From Syntrophorhabdaceae bacterium (lineage in GTDB: Bacteria; Desulfobacterota; Syntrophorhabdia; Syntrophorhabdales; Syntrophorhabdaceae), in assembly GCA_963666485.2 (NCBI GenBank), contig CAXXUO010000002.1:352001-416000 (forward strand): a DNA stretch of 64,000 bases, given 5' to 3'. Shown here in pieces: positions 58,631 through 64,000 of the stretch (its first letter is position 1; every line of letters starts with the position of its first letter). Both the position numbers and the translations under genes were made by a program. A model generated the notes under the pieces. The model saw nothing but the letters and a program-made list of their open reading frames with translations, had not been told where the DNA came from and searched no databases.

Positions 58631-59479
58631 TTATGGGTTACAGGTAATCATATTTTCGGCTGCCCTGTCATGAATTCCGGTTATTTTCATTCTCTTTCTG
58701 CGAAGCCCCGCAGTATGGCGCCCGAGATCAAGGACGATCACCGTGATGTTGTCCCAGCTTCCGGCATCCCTGGCCAATTTCGCAATGTATGCCGCCGCTG
58801 CTTCCGGGTCGTCGTACAACCTGGCAGCAGCGATAACCTCATCCGGGGCAAGGACATCCCATACCCCGTCACAGGCGAGAACGGCCCTGTCATTCTCGGT
58901 TCCGAGCAATCCTTCTATTATGCGCGGCTCAGGGGTGACGTACGGTTTGAGGCATTTGTCGCCAAGCGCGCGGCTGATGGCAAGAATACCCTTGACCCGC
59001 GGCACACCGAAAACGACAACATTGCCTCCGAGGGCCTCGATACGGGAACGCTCGGGAGCGTCATCCGGCTTGTGGTCCCGGGTGAGGACGGTAACGCCGT
59101 TCCCGGTGCCCAAGATCACACGGGAATCACCCGCATTCGCGGCTATGAACCTGTCCCCCATAATATAGAGCTCGACGGCGCACGTTCCCGTTTCCGCCTG
59201 TTTTTTTACGACATAGTCATCAACTTCCAGGTACGCATCCCTCAAAAGGTCAGCCACATCCCTGCGGTCCGCTTGCGGTTTTTTCCTCTCCATTTTCAGG
59301 GCGTGGAGAAATGCGGGGGTCAGCATTTCGGCGGCCATCCTGGCGGGCCGCGATCCCCCGTGCCCGTCGTATATCTCGGCACTGAAAACTGACATCTCGT
59401 CATCGTCATAGATGACGTGCTCGTCCTCCATGGACGGCCTGAGACCCACGTCCTCGCTTATGCCATACGGGATATCCAC
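58631..59479 (-). CDS. PP2C-family Ser/Thr phosphatase, eukaryote-like
   Basis: G.R.SMED, YDGHGG, GTCA, ANAGDSR, DHKP, RV.GILAISRALGD, LACDGVWDV, GS.DNITV; start reset to GTG 59479. Confidence 0.88.
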   Translation of the reverse strand: MDIPYGISEDVGLRPSMEDEHVIYDDDEMSVFSAEIYDGHGGSRPARMAAEMLTPAFLHALKMERKKPQADRRDVADLLRDAYLEVDDYVVKKQAETGTCAVELYIMGDRFIAANAGDSRVILGTGNGVTVLTRDHKPDDAPERSRIEALGGNVVVFGVPRVKGILAISRALGDKCLKPYVTPEPRIIEGLLGTENDRAVLACDGVWDVLAPDEVIAAARLYDDPEAAAAYIAKLARDAGSWDNITVIVLDLGRHTAGLRRKRMKITGIHDRAAENMITCNP

Positions 59480-59591
59480 AAAGGATATTGTAACCCATAC
59501 TTTCCGGTTTGGACAGCACCCGAAAGCAAAATGCCAAAAACAAATCAATACTTGCAAAAATGCGGGTTTACGTTCTATAATAGGTACTTCC

Positions 59592-59813
59592 ATGAAATTC
59601 GAAGAAGGGCTGAAGAAACTGGAAGATATAGTCAGGACCCTTGATGAAGGAAACATACCTCTTGACGAAGCTCTGGGTCTCTTCAAGGAGGGACTCGCCC
59701 TGACAAAAGAATTGTCAAAACGACTCGACGAAGCTGAAAAAAAGGTAGAGGTCCTTATAAGAAAAGAAGGGGGAGCCGTCGAGAAGGCCCCATTCACCGG
59801 AGAAGATGAATAG
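59592..59813 (+). CDS. xseB: Exodeoxyribonuclease VII small subunit
   Basis: FEE.LKKLE.IV..L..G...LDEAL..F.EG..L...L..AE.KV; xseB-ispA-dxs synteny. Confidence 0.92.
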   Translation: MKFEEGLKKLEDIVRTLDEGNIPLDEALGLFKEGLALTKELSKRLDEAEKKVEVLIRKEGGAVEKAPFTGEDE

Positions 59814-60697
59814 TGGATCTGTCGAGTTACCTGCATGACAAGAAGATCATCGTTGAAAAGGCGTTGAAGGATATTTGCACGAGCTTTGTCTCGACCCCGG
59901 GCGTACTGAGGGACGCCATGGAATACATGCTTTTCAGCAACGGGAAAAAGATCCGGCCCATCCTCGCCATAGCGGCCTGTGAAGCGAAGGGCAGGAGCTC
60001 CGATGATTTTCTGCCATGTTTTTGCACCCTCGAGATGATACACACGTATTCCCTCATCCACGACGACCTTCCATGCGTGGACAACGATGATGTGCGCAGG
60101 GGCAGGCCGACATGCCACAAGGCCTTTGGAGAGGCAGTGGCTATCATGGCCGGCGACGGCCTTCTGACGGAAGCGTTCAGGGTCCTTGCCGACCCCCGGT
60201 TCTCGGAACGGGTGAGCCCGAAAGTATCCCGGCAGATCGTTTTTGAGATCGCTTATGCGGCCGGGGCGGAGGGTATGGTGGGCGGCCAGGTCATGGACAT
60301 CATATACGAGAGCAAGGAAGGCACGAAGAACATCCTTCATTATATCCATTCTCACAAAACAGCGGCCATGCTCCGCGCTGCGGTCCGCGTCGGCGCCCTG
60401 GCGGGAGGGGCAAAGGCACGGGAACTCAAGAGTTTTACCCGGTATGGCGATGCCATAGGCCTTGCGTTCCAGGTGATGGACGATATACTGGACGCCGAAG
60501 GCGACGAAGAGCTCGTCGGCAAAAAATTGAAAAAAGATGCCAACAAGCAGACCTATGTAAAGCACTATGGCATCCTGGCCTCGAAGTTGAAACTGGAACA
60601 ACTCGTTGACGAAGCAGTCAAATCAATAGCATTTTTGGGAGAGAATGGCCGTATTCTTGAAGATATCGCGCGCTTCATCGGCAACAGGGTCTCATAA
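59813..60697 (+). CDS. ispA: Geranyltranstransferase / polyprenyl diphosphate synthase
   Basis: GKKIRP, SLIHDDLPC.D.D..RRG.PT, GGQ..D, KT, FQV.DDILD. Confidence 0.92.
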   Translation: MDLSSYLHDKKIIVEKALKDICTSFVSTPGVLRDAMEYMLFSNGKKIRPILAIAACEAKGRSSDDFLPCFCTLEMIHTYSLIHDDLPCVDNDDVRRGRPTCHKAFGEAVAIMAGDGLLTEAFRVLADPRFSERVSPKVSRQIVFEIAYAAGAEGMVGGQVMDIIYESKEGTKNILHYIHSHKTAAMLRAAVRVGALAGGAKARELKSFTRYGDAIGLAFQVMDDILDAEGDEELVGKKLKKDANKQTYVKHYGILASKLKLEQLVDEAVKSIAFLGENGRILEDIARFIGNRVS

Positions 60698-62551
60698 ATG
60701 CTTCTGGAAACAATAAATTCCCCTGCAGACCTGAAAAAACTGTCTCTTCCCCAGCTTGTGGAGCTTGCCACCGAGATACGTCCGTTCATCACGAATGTCA
60801 TATCCGGCACAGGCGGGCACCTCGCCTCAAACCTCGGCGCGGTTGAGCTCACACTGGCGCTTTACTACGTATTCGATACCCCGCAGGACAAGATCGTCTG
60901 GGATGTGGGCCATCAGTGTTACACATGCAAGCTCATCACCGGGCGCCGGGACTTTTTCCCCACCATACGGCAGGACGGGGGCCTGAGCGGTTTTCCCTGC
61001 AAGGCGGAAGGCCCTTATGACGTCTTCGATACGGGCCATGCCAGCAATTCCATATCCGTCGCAACCGGGCTCGCGGAAAGCAAAGCAAAGACCGGCTCGA
61101 CGTCGAAGATCATAGCGGTCATAGGCGACGGTTCGCTCACGGGAGGCATGGCCTTTGAGGCCTTGAACCATGCCGGGCATCTGCGCAGCGACCTTATCGT
61201 CGTCCTCAACGATAACGAGATGTCTATATCCAAGAACGTCGGGGGCCTTTCCACCCACCTTAACCGTATAATGACCGGCGAGTTCATGAGCAACTTCCGC
61301 GAGGAGCTGAAGGTCCGGATGAAGAACATGCCCACCATCTACAAGACCGCCCGGTACCTCGAAGAAGCGGTCAAGGGCATATTCGGTCCCGGCATGCTTT
61401 TCGAGGAACTTGGTTTTACATACGTGGGGCCCGTGGACGGCCATAACATGGAACACCTGTGCGAAACCTTCAGGAACGTGAGCAGGCTGAAAGGCCCGCT
61501 CCTCGTCCATGTCGTAACCCGCAAAGGAAAAGGCTACATGCATGCGGAGAATGACCCGGAGAGATTTCACGGCATCTCCACATTCGAATTGACAACGGGC
61601 AACTCTACCTCGAAAGGGACAAAAACGTATACCGACATATTCGGTGACACCATCATCGAGCTCGCAAAAATGGACGACCGGATCATCGCCATAACCGCGG
61701 CCATGGGTCTCGGGACGGGCCTCGACAAATTCTCCGATATGTTTCCCGACAGGTTCTACGACATCGGGATCGCCGAGCAGCATGGCGTGACGTTCTCCGC
61801 CGCCCTGGCACTTGGAGGGCTGAAACCGATCGTCGCCATTTATTCCACGTTCCTCCAGCGGGCCTACGACCAGATCATCCTTGACGTGTGCCTCCAGAAC
61901 CTCCCTGTCGTTTTCGCCGTCGACAGGAGCGGCATCGTCGGCCAGGACGGCCCGACACACCACGGGGTGTACGACCTCTCCTATTTTCGCCACATACCGA
62001 ACATGACCGTCATGGCGCCCAAGGACGAGAATGAGCTTCGGCACATGCTCTACTCGGCATACTGCTATAACAGGCCGTGCGCCATCCGGTACCCGCGCGG
62101 CGAAGCGCTCGGTGTACCGCTCGACGCCGAATTCAAGCTGATAGAGTATGGGACGTGGGAGCTTCTCGAGGAGGGAGAGGATGTCACGATCATCGCCTGC
62201 GGGGTCATGGTGCCCGTAGCGATCAAGGCTGCCTCGATGCTCGGACAGAAAGGGATCAGGGCGGGTGTCGTAAACGGGCGTTTCATCAAGCCGATGGACG
62301 AGAAACTCCTGATCGACGTGGCATCACGGACGCACAGGATCATAACTCTCGAGGAAAACGTCCTTATCGGCGGTTTCGGAAGCGGTGTTCTGGAGGCCTT
62401 GAGCCGTGCCGGGGTATGCATGCCTCTTAAGTCACTGGGGATCCCGGACACCTTTATCACGCACGGCAAGCAGGATACCCTGCGCAGAGCCTTCGGCCTC
62501 GATCGTGACAGCATCGTGGAGACTATCACCGAGTGGGTAAAGAACGCGTAG
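60698..62551 (+). CDS. dxs: 1-deoxy-D-xylulose-5-phosphate synthase
   Basis: GGHLASNLG, WDVGHQ, GDGSLTGGM...LNDN, IAEQH, DGPTHHG, RYPRG. Confidence 0.97.
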   Translation: MLLETINSPADLKKLSLPQLVELATEIRPFITNVISGTGGHLASNLGAVELTLALYYVFDTPQDKIVWDVGHQCYTCKLITGRRDFFPTIRQDGGLSGFPCKAEGPYDVFDTGHASNSISVATGLAESKAKTGSTSKIIAVIGDGSLTGGMAFEALNHAGHLRSDLIVVLNDNEMSISKNVGGLSTHLNRIMTGEFMSNFREELKVRMKNMPTIYKTARYLEEAVKGIFGPGMLFEELGFTYVGPVDGHNMEHLCETFRNVSRLKGPLLVHVVTRKGKGYMHAENDPERFHGISTFELTTGNSTSKGTKTYTDIFGDTIIELAKMDDRIIAITAAMGLGTGLDKFSDMFPDRFYDIGIAEQHGVTFSAALALGGLKPIVAIYSTFLQRAYDQIILDVCLQNLPVVFAVDRSGIVGQDGPTHHGVYDLSYFRHIPNMTVMAPKDENELRHMLYSAYCYNRPCAIRYPRGEALGVPLDAEFKLIEYGTWELLEEGEDVTIIACGVMVPVAIKAASMLGQKGIRAGVVNGRFIKPMDEKLLIDVASRTHRIITLEENVLIGGFGSGVLEALSRAGVCMPLKSLGIPDTFITHGKQDTLRRAFGLDRDSIVETITEWVKNA

Positions 62552-63282
62552 ATGTACTTCTGGCGAGGTCCGGCCTCGCACCTTCACGTGAAAAAGCGCA
62601 GGTCCTCATAATGGCGGGTGCCGTCTTTGCGGACGGCCAGAAGGTCCTCAAGTCCGATACCCGGGTCGATGAGAAAGCGCACCTCGAAATAAAAGGGAAT
62701 CCGATCCCGTATGTAAGTTTCGGCGGGGTAAAGCTCAAAGCCGCGATCGATGCTTCCGGTATTAGTGTCGCAGGCTTCATTGCACTCGACGTCGGCTCGT
62801 CGACGGGGGGATTCACCGATTGCCTCCTCAAGGAAGGTGCCCGGAAAATATATGCAATAGATTCCGGGACCCATCAGCTCCATGAAAAATTGCGCAGCGA
62901 CGATCGTGTGGTCCTTAAGGAAAACTTCAACGCCCGGTACCTTCGTTTCGATGACATCGGCGAGATGGCCGATATCGTCGTGATAGACGTGTCGTTCATT
63001 TCGCTGAAGAAGATAATTCCCGCGGTGACAGGTCTCACCCGGGACGGAGGATATATCTTTTCCCTGGTGAAGCCCCAGTTCGAGGTGGGCAGGTACAATG
63101 TCGGCAAAGGCGGGATCGTAAAGGATGACGGGCGCATTGAAAACGTCCTCCGGGACATGCGGCAGTTCGGTGAAGGGCTCGGCCTTCATCCTCTGAAAAC
63201 CGTTGAAGCGCCGCGGGACAGGGAACGAAAGAACAGGGAATTTTTCATACTATGGGAAAAATCAAGCAACCCGAACAGGTAA
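62533..63282 (+). CDS. tlyA: TlyA family rRNA 2'-O-methyltransferase
   Basis: S4 domain, YVS.GG.KL, LDVGSSTGGFTDCLL, DVSFISL, LVKPQFE, N.EF. Confidence 0.92.
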   Translation: MGKERVDVLLARSGLAPSREKAQVLIMAGAVFADGQKVLKSDTRVDEKAHLEIKGNPIPYVSFGGVKLKAAIDASGISVAGFIALDVGSSTGGFTDCLLKEGARKIYAIDSGTHQLHEKLRSDDRVVLKENFNARYLRFDDIGEMADIVVIDVSFISLKKIIPAVTGLTRDGGYIFSLVKPQFEVGRYNVGKGGIVKDDGRIENVLRDMRQFGEGLGLHPLKTVEAPRDRERKNREFFILWEKSSNPNR

Positions 63283-63791
63283 AGATATTCGCCAGCGTTA
63301 TCTTTCATGAGGATCTCGACCTCGAGGGCGTCTTTGAAAAACTTGCCGGGCTCATCGGTACGATCGAGGAAAGCACCTCCCCTGCCCTCTTCACCCACAC
63401 AACGTATTACGATGCCGAAATGGGCAGGGGCCTCAAGCGCTGCTTTGTGCTTTTCAGGCCCGTCGTTGACCGCGATACCCTGCCTGACATCAAGCTCGCC
63501 ACGAACGGGATCGAGGACGGCTATTCCCTTGACGGCAAAAGAAGGGTCAACATAGATGCTGGATATATCGCCCTTGAACATGTTATACTCGCAACCACAA
63601 AAGGTTACGCGCACCGGCTGTATATCGGGAAGGGGATACACGCCGATCTGACCCTTATGTTCAACAACGGTTCGTACCGTGCGCTCGAATGGACATACCC
63701 CGATTACGCCGAGACTGACACAATAGCACTGTTCAACACGTGGAGAATATCCTTGAAACAGGCCTTGAAAGAAACCCGAAAGGGGATTTGA
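63252..63791 (+). CDS. DUF4416 family protein
   Basis: F.HT.YY..EMG, K..TN.IE, R.VNID.GY, LATTK...HR.Y...GI, WTYPDY. Confidence 0.8.
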   Translation: MGKIKQPEQVKIFASVIFHEDLDLEGVFEKLAGLIGTIEESTSPALFTHTTYYDAEMGRGLKRCFVLFRPVVDRDTLPDIKLATNGIEDGYSLDGKRRVNIDAGYIALEHVILATTKGYAHRLYIGKGIHADLTLMFNNGSYRALEWTYPDYAETDTIALFNTWRISLKQALKETRKGI

Positions 63792-63807
63792 GCATGAAAG
63801 GTGAATT

Positions 63808-64000
63808 ATGCCGAACAGCATGACCGGATTTGCCAGGATCGAGAAAGAATTCCCCGAAGGAAAAGCGATGTGCGAGGTGCGATCGCTCAACAGCCGGTAC
63901 CTCGAAATGAACATAAGGCTCCCCCGGCCGGATTACGCGTCCGAGCAAAAACTGAGGGACCTCGTTAAAAAGAATGTCCGGAGAGGCAAAATAGATATAA
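63808..64000 (+). CDS. yicC: YicC/YloC family endoribonuclease, N-terminal part (runs off window)
   Basis: MPNSMTGFAR...EVRSLNSRYLE...RRGKID. Confidence 0.85.
   Translation, partial: MPNSMTGFARIEKEFPEGKAMCEVRSLNSRYLEMNIRLPRPDYASEQKLRDLVKKNVRRGKIDI

Noticed and set aside
59480..60601. 656-aa fusion ORF containing PP2C
   Set aside because: The upstream part is antisense to xseB/ispA; the PP2C domain starts near 59479

Overview
Chromosomal window of a moderately GC-rich bacterium. Gene content suggests an anaerobic deltaproteobacterium, possibly Syntrophorhabdus-like (inference only). Housekeeping content: 4 tRNAs (Glu, Lys, Leu, His); nadC-nadA-nadB; a Mo/W-cofactor operon (moeA, moeA-PBP fusion, moaA, moaC, MOSC, mog); gap-pgk-tpiA-secG; queA-tgt-yajC-rpsF-(priB-like)-rpsR-rplI-dnaB-pgsA-like; pgm; xseB-ispA-dxs-tlyA-DUF4416-yicC (partial). 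Accessory content: a complete Tad/Flp pilus locus, whose 54-aa pilin is missed by the ORF track and sits behind a sigma54 promoter with tandem palindromic upstream sites, and an adjacent sigma-less partner-switching module. The most unusual signals are (i) a dense system of intergenic 7/8-mer tandem arrays that abut or supply stop codons, show unit polarity, occur as inverted pairs and combine with CGTC-type palindromic repeats; (ii) a coupled ParB-like plus spore-photoproduct-lyase-like radical SAM pair lacking the canonical SPL H-donor residues; (iii) a PriB-like short OB-fold gene between rpsF and rpsR; (iv) a eukaryote-type PP2C phosphatase; (v) a MEDS-PAS-PAS sensor without an output domain. 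No CRISPR array, rRNA, integrase or intact transposase was seen. All product calls are by-eye motif recognition, not database searches. Start codons were adjusted where RBS or domain boundaries suggested it.
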